64,000 nt of DNA from Candidatus Omnitrophota bacterium (lineage in GTDB: Bacteria > Omnitrophota > Gorgyraeia > Zapsychrales > Fredricksoniimonadaceae): assembly GCA_903908245.1 (NCBI GenBank), contig CAIVRE010000022.1, positions 864 to 64,863 of the forward strand. The letters are read 5' to 3'. Within the stretch, counting starts at the first letter, position 1, and each line of letters starts with the position of its first letter. A program made the position numbers and the translations under genes. The notes below the pieces were generated by a model. It had not been told where the DNA came from. It searched no databases and worked only from the letters and a program-made list of their open reading frames with translations. This document shows, piece after piece, positions 28,120 through 36,780 of the stretch.

Positions 28120-29139
28120 TTATTCGATCGGTATGATAATGACCGTTCCCTTTTTAAGTTTGTTCGGGTTTTTGATCCGGTCTTTGTTGATCTCATAAAG
28201 GTACTGCCAGCGGTTGCCGTTGCCCATTTCTTTCTGGGCGATCTTCCAAAGGGAATCATTGGCCTGGATCGTGTATTCCTTTGTCGAGACTTTTACACCG
28301 GACTCGACATTTTCTTTTTCTTCTACCACATAGTTTCCGTTGTCGGCAACCTGAAGATTGGCGTCTTTTGCAGGTACCTGGTCGGCGGGGATGTTGACTT
28401 CGTCCACTTCAGCCACCATGAACTGGGCATTGCGGTCTTTCTGCATGCCCATCAGGTCTTTGATCGGGGCTACGGCATCCAGTTTTCCGCGTGAAACGAT
28501 CTTGATGCGGTCTTCGGTGACCCCGTTCTTCAACATGTATTCCTGGACAGCATCGCCGCGTTTCTTGCCGAGCTTCATGTTGTATTCTTCGGTCCCGCGG
28601 GCATCGCAGTTGCCGGTGATGAGGATGGATGCCTTCGGGTTCTTTTTTAGCGAGCTGACAGCGCGGTCGAGGATGGCCGTATGGTCATCGCGCAGGTCGG
28701 CTTTATTGTAATCAAAATAGATCTTAACATTGCGGATGATCTTTTTGATCAGCAGCGACGCTTTGGTCTCCACTTTCGGGGCCGGGGTTGGTTCTGCCGG
28801 CTTTGTGGTGTCTTTTTCCTTGTAATCATAGATCAGTTTGTAAACGTAAACATAACCGCGATTGCCCCACAGGTCTGTGACCGATCCGGTCTTGGCTGGC
28901 CACCACCAGTAGCCTCCCTTTTGTTCATCTTTAACAGGGGCCGGTTTGGCGTCTGTTGGCCACCAGGAAAATGTTTCCTGCAGTTTCTTCATGTCGGCTT
29001 CGCGGTGTGTTTCGCGTGTGGCTTTATCGATGAATTGTGCCTGGGCTGGGCAGGCCGCGGCCAGCAAGCCGAAAGTGAGGGTTGAAGCGGAAAAAAAACA
29101 GGTGATTGCCTTTAGGCGGTTCATGTTGCTCCTCAACAT
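28120..29139 (-). CDS. OmpA-family (OmpA_C) peptidoglycan-binding protein with C-terminal LysM domain, signal peptide
   Basis: NCDARGTEEYNMKLGKKRGDAVQEYML is OmpA_C-like. The C-terminal YTIQANDSLWKIAQKEMGNGNRWQYLYEIN...GTVIIIP is LysM. N-terminal signal sequence. Confidence 0.75.
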   Translation of the reverse strand: MLRSNMNRLKAITCFFSASTLTFGLLAAACPAQAQFIDKATRETHREADMKKLQETFSWWPTDAKPAPVKDEQKGGYWWWPAKTGSVTDLWGNRGYVYVYKLIYDYKEKDTTKPAEPTPAPKVETKASLLIKKIIRNVKIYFDYNKADLRDDHTAILDRAVSSLKKNPKASILITGNCDARGTEEYNMKLGKKRGDAVQEYMLKNGVTEDRIKIVSRGKLDAVAPIKDLMGMQKDRNAQFMVAEVDEVNIPADQVPAKDANLQVADNGNYVVEEKENVESGVKVSTKEYTIQANDSLWKIAQKEMGNGNRWQYLYEINKDRIKNPNKLKKGTVIIIPIE

Positions 29140-29245
29140 ATTAGGGATTTAAAAGGTCTAGAAATATGGCAATATACTAACATAAAAAAAGAAAAGTAAA
29201 ACAAAATTTGATTTTTGATCTCCGGCCTTTTCGCGCATATTTACT

Positions 29246-29818
29246 TTGCTTCCGTTCATGCTTTTTGATATAACCAATGCCATGGAATTTCATGAGGCCT
29301 GGGCCCGCGCGTTAAAAGAGACCGAGATCATCCGTTCGAGAGTGTTGTCGCTGCCGACATACGACGATTCCCACGTGCCGTATCTTTTTTTGTCTCCATC
29401 AACGCTTAATGAAGGCGATACGGTTGTCCGCCGGGGCAAGATCCTGGTGCAGCGGCCGGCCTTGATGCTCCCGCCCAATATCCCCCAGCTGGAAGGTTTT
29501 GATATTCAGAAGAATGAAGGCGAGACCGACAGTTCTGTTATGAGTTTTCTCCTGGTGCGGGGGATCACTATCCCGTCATTAAAATATAATAACCAGACGC
29601 ATTCGCTTGATGTGTTCGAGGGCGATGTGCGCCAGGCTGTTTCATATTTTGCGAATCAGATGGAGCGGGAAGAGGATGTTGCCACGGGGCTTTTGCTGGG
29701 CCATGAGGATGTGTGGCAGTTCTCGGTCCTGATCTTTGTTTGTTCCCAGATCGCGCGCAATACCGAAGTTGACCTTAAAAGGCTGATGGATGATTTCCGT
29801 CGAAGAGAGGGCGTATGA
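29246..29818 (+). CDS. hypothetical protein (190 aa), ATGA-coupled to the M16 peptidase
   Basis: No recognisable motif. 4-nt overlap with the downstream gene. Confidence 0.4.
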   Translation: MLPFMLFDITNAMEFHEAWARALKETEIIRSRVLSLPTYDDSHVPYLFLSPSTLNEGDTVVRRGKILVQRPALMLPPNIPQLEGFDIQKNEGETDSSVMSFLLVRGITIPSLKYNNQTHSLDVFEGDVRQAVSYFANQMEREEDVATGLLLGHEDVWQFSVLIFVCSQIARNTEVDLKRLMDDFRRREGV

Positions 29819-32400
29819 GCAGAATGGCCAAAGTGGTGGCGATTGTTGTTTTCCTGTTTGCTTTTATTTCATCGGCAGGCGCGGCCGAGGGGCGCTTTTC
29901 CAGGTATGTGCTTGATAACGGGTTAACGGTCCTGGTCAATGAAATGCCTGCTTCGCCGATGGTCGCTGTTGATGTCTGGGTCAAGACCGGATCCGCGAAT
30001 GAGGGTGTGCATATCGGCAGCGGGATCACGCATTTTGTGGAACACATGCTTTTCAAGGGTACAGCCCGCCGGGGCGTAGGCGTTATATCCGATGAGGCGC
30101 GCGCGATGGGCGGCAGTATTAACGCTTCGACCAGCCATGATTTTACCGTGTTTACTTTAAGCGTTCCGAGAGTGAATTTCAGCCTTGGGCTTGACCTGAT
30201 CGCGGACATGGTCCGTAATCCCGCCTTTGACCCGGCCGAAGTGGAGCGTGAGCGGGGGGTCATCCAGAAAGAAATGAAGATGGTCAATGACCGCCCGGAC
30301 CGCAAGCTGGATGATGCGGTCTATCAGGCGGTCTATCTGACCCATCCATATCGTTATCCGGTCATCGGTTACGAACAGATCTTTAGCGCCATTACCCGCG
30401 ATCAGCTGGTGGAATATTACAGAACGTATTACGCGCCCAATAACATGATCCTTTCGATCGCCGGGGGAGTCAAGGCGGAGGAGGCATTGTCCGGAATAAA
30501 GAAGGTTTTTGATGATTTTCCGGCCCGGTCAACTCCGTTGAGGGTTTTGCCTCAGGAGGCGCAGCAGGTCACTCCGCGTGCGGTTGTAGTGCGTTATCCG
30601 ACGGACCTGATCCGGATGGTGATCGTCTACCAGGGGATGCCTCTTTTTGACAGGGACCTTTTTGCGGGGGATGTCCTGGCCATGGTCCTGGGCAGCGGGC
30701 AAAGTTCGCGTTTTAATCAGGAGCTGTATGAGAAACAGCGGCTGGTTGAGGCGGTCAGCGCGGGCAATGACACACCGATGGATCGCGGGAAATTTGAAAT
30801 ATCCTGTTTGCTCAATAAAGATAATGTTGAAAAGGTTTTGGCCACAACGCAGGCAATGATCGATGAGGTGAAGGCCAACGGCCTTAAGGCCCAGGAGTTG
30901 GAAAGAGCCAAGAGGGTGGTGATGGTCCAGAATATTTACAGCCGGGAAACGGCGGAGGGCGTTGCCTATCGTGCGGCGATGGAAGATGCTTTTGCGGGTG
31001 ACGCGCAGTTCTCCGAGAAGTATTTGGACGGGGTTCGCGCTGTTACCAATGATGATATCAAGAGGGTGGCGGCGAAATATCTTGTTCCTTCAGGCAGGAC
31101 GGTCGTTGTGATGAAGCCCAAGGATGTTCCGGCTGCGGGGGCGTCGCGTCCTGTGGAGGACGTCAGGGCTCCGGAACCGCAATTGTTCGTTTTGCCTAAC
31201 GGGATCAGGCTCATTGTGAAGAAAGACATGTCGTTGCCTTTGGTCAGCGTGCGCGCGGTCATCAGGGGGGGGATCCGTGAGGAATCTTTGGATAAAGCCG
31301 GCTTGGCGGGGTTGACCGGCCGGGTGTGGAGCCGAGGGGTCAGGGGAAAGACCGCGGAACAGTTTGCCCGTGAAATAGAGGATCGTGCCGGAAGTTTTTC
31401 GGCCGGGGCGGGGTTGGACTCGTTCACTGCTTCCTTTGATGTGCTGGCGGAAGACCTTCCTCTGGCATTTGAGGACCTGGCTCTTTTGTTGAAGTCGCCG
31501 ACATTTCCTGAAAGCGAGATCGGCAAACAGAAAGACGACATGTTGACAGCATTGCGTGCGCGCAAGGACAGCATTGCCCAGATGTCTTTTCGTGCCTTGT
31601 ATGAAACGCTTTTTACCGAGCACCCCCTGCGCCGGGATCCATTGGGGACGCCGGAGTCCCTGGCGCGTATTACGCGTGAGGACCTGGTCTCGTTTTATAA
31701 CAGGTTTGTATCTTCCCGGAATATCATCATTGCGGTTTACGGGGATATCGATATCGAGAAAGTGAAGCAGGAGCTTTCACGCCGGGTCGGGGATATGAAG
31801 CCGTTCATGGTCACAACGACACTTACGGAAGACATGCCGGTGCAGGCAACCCGCGTGAAGGAATTATCGATGGATAAGGAGCAGGCTTTTGTGGTCTATG
31901 GATTTCATGGTGCGAAGATCGGCACTCCCGCAAAATACGCGCTGGAAGTTGCCGTGAATGCCCTGAGTTCGTCATTGAGCGGCAGGATGTTCAAGCGGAT
32001 CCGGGATGAACTGGGGAAGGCCTATGCCTTAAGCGGTTTTTGTTCGCCAGGAGAGGATGTCGGGGTGTGCGCTTTTTATGTGATGACGACCAAAGACAAT
32101 GTGGCCAAAGTGCGTTCCCTGATGGAGGATGAGCTGAAGAAGGCGGCGGATCAGGGGTTTTCCGATAAAGAGATCGCGGACGCAAAGGTTTTTTTGAAGA
32201 GCGACTTCGCTCGGGACAGTCAGGAGGTCAGTGCTCAGGCGGATCGTGATATCGGCAGTGAGTTCTATGGCCTTGGGGTGAAGGCTTATCAGCTTTATGA
32301 CGGACGCATTGATGCTGTTACGCCAGAGGCGGCGCGCAATGTTGTGAGGGATTTCTTTAATGTTTCCAAAGCCGCGGTAGTTGTTACCCGTCCCGAGTGA
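29815..32400 (+). CDS. tandem-domain M16-family zinc metallopeptidase (pitrilysin/PqqL-like), secreted
   Basis: Inverted zinc motif HFVEHMLFKGT (HxxEH). 861 aa, consistent with two M16 halves. Signal peptide. Confidence 0.8.
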   Translation: MSRMAKVVAIVVFLFAFISSAGAAEGRFSRYVLDNGLTVLVNEMPASPMVAVDVWVKTGSANEGVHIGSGITHFVEHMLFKGTARRGVGVISDEARAMGGSINASTSHDFTVFTLSVPRVNFSLGLDLIADMVRNPAFDPAEVERERGVIQKEMKMVNDRPDRKLDDAVYQAVYLTHPYRYPVIGYEQIFSAITRDQLVEYYRTYYAPNNMILSIAGGVKAEEALSGIKKVFDDFPARSTPLRVLPQEAQQVTPRAVVVRYPTDLIRMVIVYQGMPLFDRDLFAGDVLAMVLGSGQSSRFNQELYEKQRLVEAVSAGNDTPMDRGKFEISCLLNKDNVEKVLATTQAMIDEVKANGLKAQELERAKRVVMVQNIYSRETAEGVAYRAAMEDAFAGDAQFSEKYLDGVRAVTNDDIKRVAAKYLVPSGRTVVVMKPKDVPAAGASRPVEDVRAPEPQLFVLPNGIRLIVKKDMSLPLVSVRAVIRGGIREESLDKAGLAGLTGRVWSRGVRGKTAEQFAREIEDRAGSFSAGAGLDSFTASFDVLAEDLPLAFEDLALLLKSPTFPESEIGKQKDDMLTALRARKDSIAQMSFRALYETLFTEHPLRRDPLGTPESLARITREDLVSFYNRFVSSRNIIIAVYGDIDIEKVKQELSRRVGDMKPFMVTTTLTEDMPVQATRVKELSMDKEQAFVVYGFHGAKIGTPAKYALEVAVNALSSSLSGRMFKRIRDELGKAYALSGFCSPGEDVGVCAFYVMTTKDNVAKVRSLMEDELKKAADQGFSDKEIADAKVFLKSDFARDSQEVSAQADRDIGSEFYGLGVKAYQLYDGRIDAVTPEAARNVVRDFFNVSKAAVVVTRPE

Positions 32401-32456
32401 TTTTTTACAAATCTCTTTAGACCTCTTTTCGGATTTGTGTTAAATTAACTGCATCT

Positions 32457-33818
32457 ATGAATAAAAATATCCGCCTTGAACTGGAAGATCAGCTTCTGGA
32501 CCGCCTGAAAGGCAAGGTCAAGCTTTTACAGCCCAGCCTCGAAAAAGAAGAGCTCGCTCTTGCCACGCTGGAATCAGTCCTCGTCAATGACAAGTCCCGT
32601 AAATTCGCCAGTGAGTTTTCGTCGGGGGAGGAAAAGACGGATTTTATCCGGTCATTCCTTTCCTACGGGCTGATCGAGGAGCTTTTGTGCAACGGCGATG
32701 TGGAAGATATTGTTATCCACGGGTTGAAGCCTATTTATATCCATCATGCCGAAAAAGGTTTTATATCAACGGGAAAAAAGTTCGAGCATATCCGCGAGCT
32801 GGAAGTCTTTATGAAGAAGCTTCTGATTTTCGGCGGCCGGGAGACGGTCAAGCGTGTCCTTGATCTTGAGCTGGCGAACCTGGGGGGACGTGCGAATATC
32901 ATTACTTCCCCTTTCGGCGCGCAGATCACGATCACCAAGGCCAAGGTCGATCCGATCAGCATCCTTGACCTTATCGAGCGCGGGAGCATGACCTATGAAG
33001 TGGCGGCCCAGCTGTGGGTTTATGTGGATGGTTTGTCAATCCGCCCGGCCAATATCATGCTGGCGGGCGGGCCTGGAACGGGCAAGACCACGCTTTTAAA
33101 CGCCCTTTTCAGTTTTATTCCCGAGAAGGACCATTTGATCATTATCGAGGATACCCTCGAGCTCAACACGTTTTTGATGGACACGGTGTCGCGCCTGGAG
33201 AGCGATGAAGAGCTGAGCCTGGCGGACCTGGTGAAGAACAGCCTGCGCATGCGCCCTGAGCGTATTATTATTGGTGAGGTGAGGGGTATTGAAGCGCGCG
33301 ACATGATCACATCCATGAATGTTGGTAAATATTGCATGTGCACCATCCACGCGCTGACATCCCGCGAGGCGATCACCCGTTTGCAGAACGAGCCGATGAA
33401 TATCCCCGAGACGCTGGTGAACCTGATCGATGTCTTTCTGGTATTGAAACGGTATCATGTTAACGGACGGTTGTTCCGTGTGGTGGACGAGGTCAGCGAG
33501 ACCGGAGGGATGGAGCAGAAGAAGATCCTGTTATCGCCGGTTTACAAGTACAATTATGAACAGAATAAGGTGATGATGATGTCGCCCAGTACGGTCTATC
33601 GTGACCGGCTGGCGCGCGAGGCGGGGATCACGCCGCGCGATATCATTAATGAGACCCTTATTCGCGCTGTTGTCCTTAAACAATTGCATGGCAAGGGAGT
33701 GCATACGCTTAAGGATGTCACCACTTTCTGCAAGGCTTATCGTGTAGATCCCTCTGATGCAATGACCCGTATCGGCCTTAACCGGAACAATCTGCTAAAG
33801 GAAGTTTCCCACCTTTGA
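32457..33818 (+). CDS. CpaF/TadA/VirB11-family secretion ATPase (orphan)
   Basis: Walker A GGPGTGKTT. Asp box IIIEDTLEL. Walker B RIIIGEVRG. His box CMCTIHA. Confidence 0.75.
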   Translation: MNKNIRLELEDQLLDRLKGKVKLLQPSLEKEELALATLESVLVNDKSRKFASEFSSGEEKTDFIRSFLSYGLIEELLCNGDVEDIVIHGLKPIYIHHAEKGFISTGKKFEHIRELEVFMKKLLIFGGRETVKRVLDLELANLGGRANIITSPFGAQITITKAKVDPISILDLIERGSMTYEVAAQLWVYVDGLSIRPANIMLAGGPGTGKTTLLNALFSFIPEKDHLIIIEDTLELNTFLMDTVSRLESDEELSLADLVKNSLRMRPERIIIGEVRGIEARDMITSMNVGKYCMCTIHALTSREAITRLQNEPMNIPETLVNLIDVFLVLKRYHVNGRLFRVVDEVSETGGMEQKKILLSPVYKYNYEQNKVMMMSPSTVYRDRLAREAGITPRDIINETLIRAVVLKQLHGKGVHTLKDVTTFCKAYRVDPSDAMTRIGLNRNNLLKEVSHL

Positions 33819-33926
33819 TGTGTCGGGGTGTCTTTTTTTCAGGTGAAAAATAGTCTTGTATTCTCAGGGATTATGTGTAAAATTTAGAACGCAATTTCCC
33901 GATGTTCTTTAAAAAATCAATATTTT

Positions 33927-34000
33927 GCGCCCATAGCTCAATTGGATAGAGCATTTGACTACGGATCAGAAGGTTGTAGGTTCGACTCCTACTGGGCGCG
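33927..34000 (+). tRNA. tRNA-Arg (anticodon ACG)
   Basis: Cloverleaf: acceptor GCGCCCA/TGGGCGC, D-arm GCTC-AATTGGATA-GAGC, anticodon loop CTACGGA, T-arm GTAGG-TTCGACT-CCTAC. No encoded CCA. Confidence 0.8.
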
Positions 34001-34036
34001 TTCTTCTCACCGGCATCCAAGCCGGTATTTTTATTT

Positions 34037-34504
34037 ATGGATATTGACTTTCAGTCCCACGAAGTGATGATGCGCGAAGCATTAAAGCTTGCGCGCCGCG
34101 CCGCTGATGCCGACGAGGTCCCGGTGGGGGCCGTGATCGTTCATGGCCGGGATATTATTGCCCGTGCCTATAATCAGGTGGAAATGCTCAAGGACCCGAC
34201 CGCGCATGCGGAGATGATCGCTATCACTCAGGCGACGAATCATCTTGGTTCCAAATGGTTGCATGAGTGTGTGATGTATGTTACAATCGAGCCCTGTTCG
34301 ATGTGTTCGGGGGCGCTCGTTCTGGCCAGGATCGAAAAAGTTTTTTTTGGCGCGGCTGACCCCAAGACGGGGGCGTGTGGTTCGGTGATCGATATTCTTC
34401 GGAATAAAGACCTGAATCATCAGGTTGATGTGGCGGGCGGGTTGCTCAAGGATGAATGCGGCGCGTTGATGAGCGAGTTCTTTAAAAAGAAGCGCAAGAA
34501 ATAG
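34037..34504 (+). CDS. tadA: tRNA-specific adenosine deaminase TadA
   Basis: HAEMIAI...PCSMCSGAL zinc-deaminase motifs. 155 aa. Confidence 0.85.
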   Translation: MDIDFQSHEVMMREALKLARRAADADEVPVGAVIVHGRDIIARAYNQVEMLKDPTAHAEMIAITQATNHLGSKWLHECVMYVTIEPCSMCSGALVLARIEKVFFGAADPKTGACGSVIDILRNKDLNHQVDVAGGLLKDECGALMSEFFKKKRKK

Positions 34505-34520
34505 ATTTTCCGAGTGTAGT

Positions 34521-34599
34521 GGAAACTTCTATCCATTCGTCGGGCTGATAGCCCGTCGTGATGGATAGAAGTCTCCAAAACTCTCGGAGAGAGTTTTGG
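34521..34599 (+). other. two strong hairpins between tadA and tRNA-Ser, without a U-tract
   Basis: Hairpin 1: a 16-bp outer stem (ggaaacttctatccat/atggatagaagtctcc) enclosing a 9-bp inner stem (cgtcgggct gat agcccgtcg). Hairpin 2: ccaaaactctc gga gagagttttgg, a perfect 11-bp stem whose 3' arm overlaps the first nucleotides of tRNA-Ser. Confidence 0.5.
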
Positions 34600-34686
34600 A
34601 GAGGTGCCAGAGTGGCCGATTGGAGCTTCCTGCTAAGAAGTTGACTGGGGAAACCTGGTCCCAGGGTTCGAATCCCTGCTTCTCCG
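34598..34686 (+). tRNA. tRNA-Ser (anticodon GCU), long variable arm
   Basis: Acceptor GGAGAGG/CTTCTCC. Anticodon stem GCTTC/GAAGT with loop CTGCTAA. Variable arm tgactggggaaacctggtc. T-arm CAGGG-TTCGAAT-CCCTG. Confidence 0.75.
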
Positions 34687-34772
34687 TTTTTTTTTGTAAA
34701 AGCAAGCTGTCGATATTGACAAGCCAAAGATTATAGTTATAATTCATCCACATTTGTTTTTTATAGTTTTAT

Positions 34773-34848
34773 TCCCCTGTAGCTCAGTTGGTAGAGCATG
34801 TGGCTGTTAACCACAGTGTCCGAGGTTCGAGCCCTCGCGGGGGAGCCA
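34773..34848 (+). tRNA. tRNA-Asn (anticodon GUU), CCA encoded
   Basis: Acceptor UCCCCUG/CGGGGGA with U1-A72 as in E. coli tRNA-Asn. D-arm GCTC-AGTTGGTA-GAGC. Anticodon loop CTGTTAA. T-arm CGAGG-TTCGAGC-CCTCG. GCCA 3' end. Confidence 0.8.
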
Positions 34849-34884
34849 TTGTTGACGAACAGACGCACCTGGCGTCGTTCAACT

Positions 34885-34925
34885 AACGCCTCGCGCAGAG
34901 TAGTCTGTGCGAGGCGTTCTTTATG
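34885..34925 (+). terminator. Rho-independent terminator after the tRNA cluster
   Basis: aacgcctcgcgcag agtagt ctgtgcgaggcgtt followed by CTTTAT. Confidence 0.6.
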
Positions 34926-34941
34926 TAAAACGGGAGGAATT

Positions 34942-35262
34942 ATGAAAAAAGTTTTTGTTTTATTGTTATGTTTAGGGCTAGTAGGTTGTGCAACCGCTCC
35001 AAATATGAGTGTGCTATCTTTGGGGATGACCAAAAATGAGGTCACAAGAGCATTGGGAAAACCATTCAGTGTTAGTGCTCAGGGTAATATGGAGTATTTA
35101 ACTTATAATGATAGATCCGGAATTTATGGCGATTATACAATACCTTACTTTGTTCGTTTGGTTAATGGCAAAGTCGAATCTTACGGGAAGGTTGGAGATT
35201 TTGATTCTGCAAAGAATCCTGCCAATGATATAAATTTAAATGTCAAAACAGAGAGTAAATAA
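34942..35262 (+). CDS. small lipoprotein (AT-rich islet)
   Basis: MKKVFVLLLCLGLVGC lipobox. RBS GGGAGGAA. The track ORF start at 34798 lies inside tRNA-Asn and is rejected. Confidence 0.6.
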   Translation: MKKVFVLLLCLGLVGCATAPNMSVLSLGMTKNEVTRALGKPFSVSAQGNMEYLTYNDRSGIYGDYTIPYFVRLVNGKVESYGKVGDFDSAKNPANDINLNVKTESK

Positions 35263-35283
35263 AAACAGATTCGGGGCGGTCAT

Positions 35284-35874
35284 ATGGAAATAGCTAAATT
35301 GGTTCTTGAATTTATAAAAGTTTTTTTATCTGCGCATATGGTTATTAGTTTTTTAACAATTATTTTTATCTGTACTTTCCGAAAGGAGATCGCAGGACTG
35401 ATTACTCGAGTTTTACTTATCAAATTTCCTGGTGGCGGTGAATTATCCATGTCTCAAAGCCAAAAAAGCTCAGTAGAGTCGTCAATTAAGAAAGATCCGC
35501 CATCAGTACCTGCACCTAGTGATTTGCCTTCGGGATTACATTTAACTGTGGAACAAGTTAAAACTATTCAAGAACTTATTCAGTCTGAGCGAGTGAATGC
35601 TTATTTATGGGAGTATCGGTATCTTAATTTCTTTTTAGTTAGAGGCACTCAGTATGTACTTGATTGGCTCGCTACTCTGCAACAGAGACCCAACCTAAGG
35701 TTATACGACAATATTTGGTCGCCGATAATTTCAAATCCAGTAGAAAGGCAGGCCATACTTAATGCGCTTCAACAGCACCATTTAATCAATATAATGGACG
35801 ATTTGATAGAGGTTACTGATAAGGGACGTGAGTATCTTGGGTGGCGAGGTCCAATGCCTGCTTTACCGAATTAG
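35284..35874 (+). CDS. hypothetical membrane-anchored protein (AT-rich islet)
   Basis: 196 aa, N-terminal TM, low GC. Confidence 0.45.
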   Translation: MEIAKLVLEFIKVFLSAHMVISFLTIIFICTFRKEIAGLITRVLLIKFPGGGELSMSQSQKSSVESSIKKDPPSVPAPSDLPSGLHLTVEQVKTIQELIQSERVNAYLWEYRYLNFFLVRGTQYVLDWLATLQQRPNLRLYDNIWSPIISNPVERQAILNALQQHHLINIMDDLIEVTDKGREYLGWRGPMPALPN

Positions 35875-36311
35875 TTTAATGTAGATTATTGGCTAATATA
35901 GCTCAAACATTTTCTTTCCTCGTGGTCCTCGCCAACGTTTCATTCTAACCAGCAAAGCAACCCATTTCCTTTGATATCTGTGTTGTGAGTCCATAGCGGG
36001 TCTCGCCATTGACTCACACCATAATGTGTTGCGTTTTACGTCATCGGTGGGGAGCCATTTAGATAACTCTAGCGAACACCCGCTAGAGTGGTTTACAGAA
36101 AATAGCCCTTTATCGGTCGGTTGATCGAAAAGGGCTATTTTTATTTCATTGGGGTCAATAACCCCAAGTAAGTGAATTCCTTTGTTAATTCTCCGAATCT
36201 TATTTCCGTCGTAATTTAATGCTTTTTTAATACCTTCCGCCTGCCTTTTAACTCGAAATAATCTTGTGCGAAACTAAACTTATATGTGGGAAGTGATTCC
36301 AGGAGGTCGTT

Positions 36312-36596
36312 ATGCGGACAATCAAAAAACATATCATGATTGGGCTCAGCGCCGGATTGATCGTATTTGCTATGAGCTGTGGCAACGCTTGGTCGGTTGT
36401 GCCGTATACCTTGCCGCTGGATCTGGTCAAGGCAGAGACGGTTCAGTCGGAGAAGCAAGAGATCCTAAAGAGAATTGAAAACCTGAAGAGGCTGGACATC
36501 AGGGCCATCAAAGAAATAAGGGACGATCTGAAGCAGATGGAAGAGAAGGACCGCGAGTCGTTTCCAAAGAAGCAGGTTACGGAAGAAAGGCATTAA
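36312..36596 (+). CDS. small secreted/lipo-protein with charged coiled C-terminus, directly upstream of kdpF
   Basis: RBS AGGAGG. Signal peptide with an SCG motif. 94 aa. Confidence 0.5.
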   Translation: MRTIKKHIMIGLSAGLIVFAMSCGNAWSVVPYTLPLDLVKAETVQSEKQEILKRIENLKRLDIRAIKEIRDDLKQMEEKDRESFPKKQVTEERH

Positions 36597-36598
36597 CT

Positions 36599-36679
36599 AT
36601 GGATATGATCATTATTGGCTTAATTTTGTTGCTTGCGTTCGCGTCATTGGGCTTTATCAATCTGTGCGGAAAAGTTTGA
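36599..36679 (+). CDS. 26-aa hydrophobic peptide ORF (possible KdpF-like paralogue)
   Basis: MDMIIIGLILLLAFASLGFINLCGKV. Starts 2 nt after the previous stop. Below the ORF-track threshold. Confidence 0.3.
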   Translation: MDMIIIGLILLLAFASLGFINLCGKV

Positions 36680-36687
36680 GGTGACCT

Positions 36688-36780
36688 ATGTTGGGGATCT
36701 ATTGGATCGGCGGAATATTGGCTTTGGGATTGTTCGTTTATCTGTTTCTGGCGCTTCTTAAACCGGAGATGTTCTCATGA
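36688..36780 (+). CDS. kdpF: KdpF, K+-transporting ATPase small subunit
   Basis: [30 protein letters not shown] matches the KdpF consensus (..LVYL..ALL.PE.F). Its stop overlaps the kdpA start (ATGA). Confidence 0.7.
   Translation: MLGIYWIGGILALGLFVYLFLALLKPEMFS

Noticed and set aside
34798-35262. Track ORF start at 34798 for the lipoprotein
   Set aside because: The first 50 codons overlap tRNA-Asn and its terminator. The real start is the ATG at 34942 with an SD and a lipobox signal peptide.
35925-36020. 38-codon arginine-rich minus-strand ORF (MARPAMDSQHRYQRKWVALLVRMKRWRGPRGKKMFELY) in the AT-rich islet
   Set aside because: Too short and without a recognisable family. Mentioned only as possible integrase or excisionase debris.
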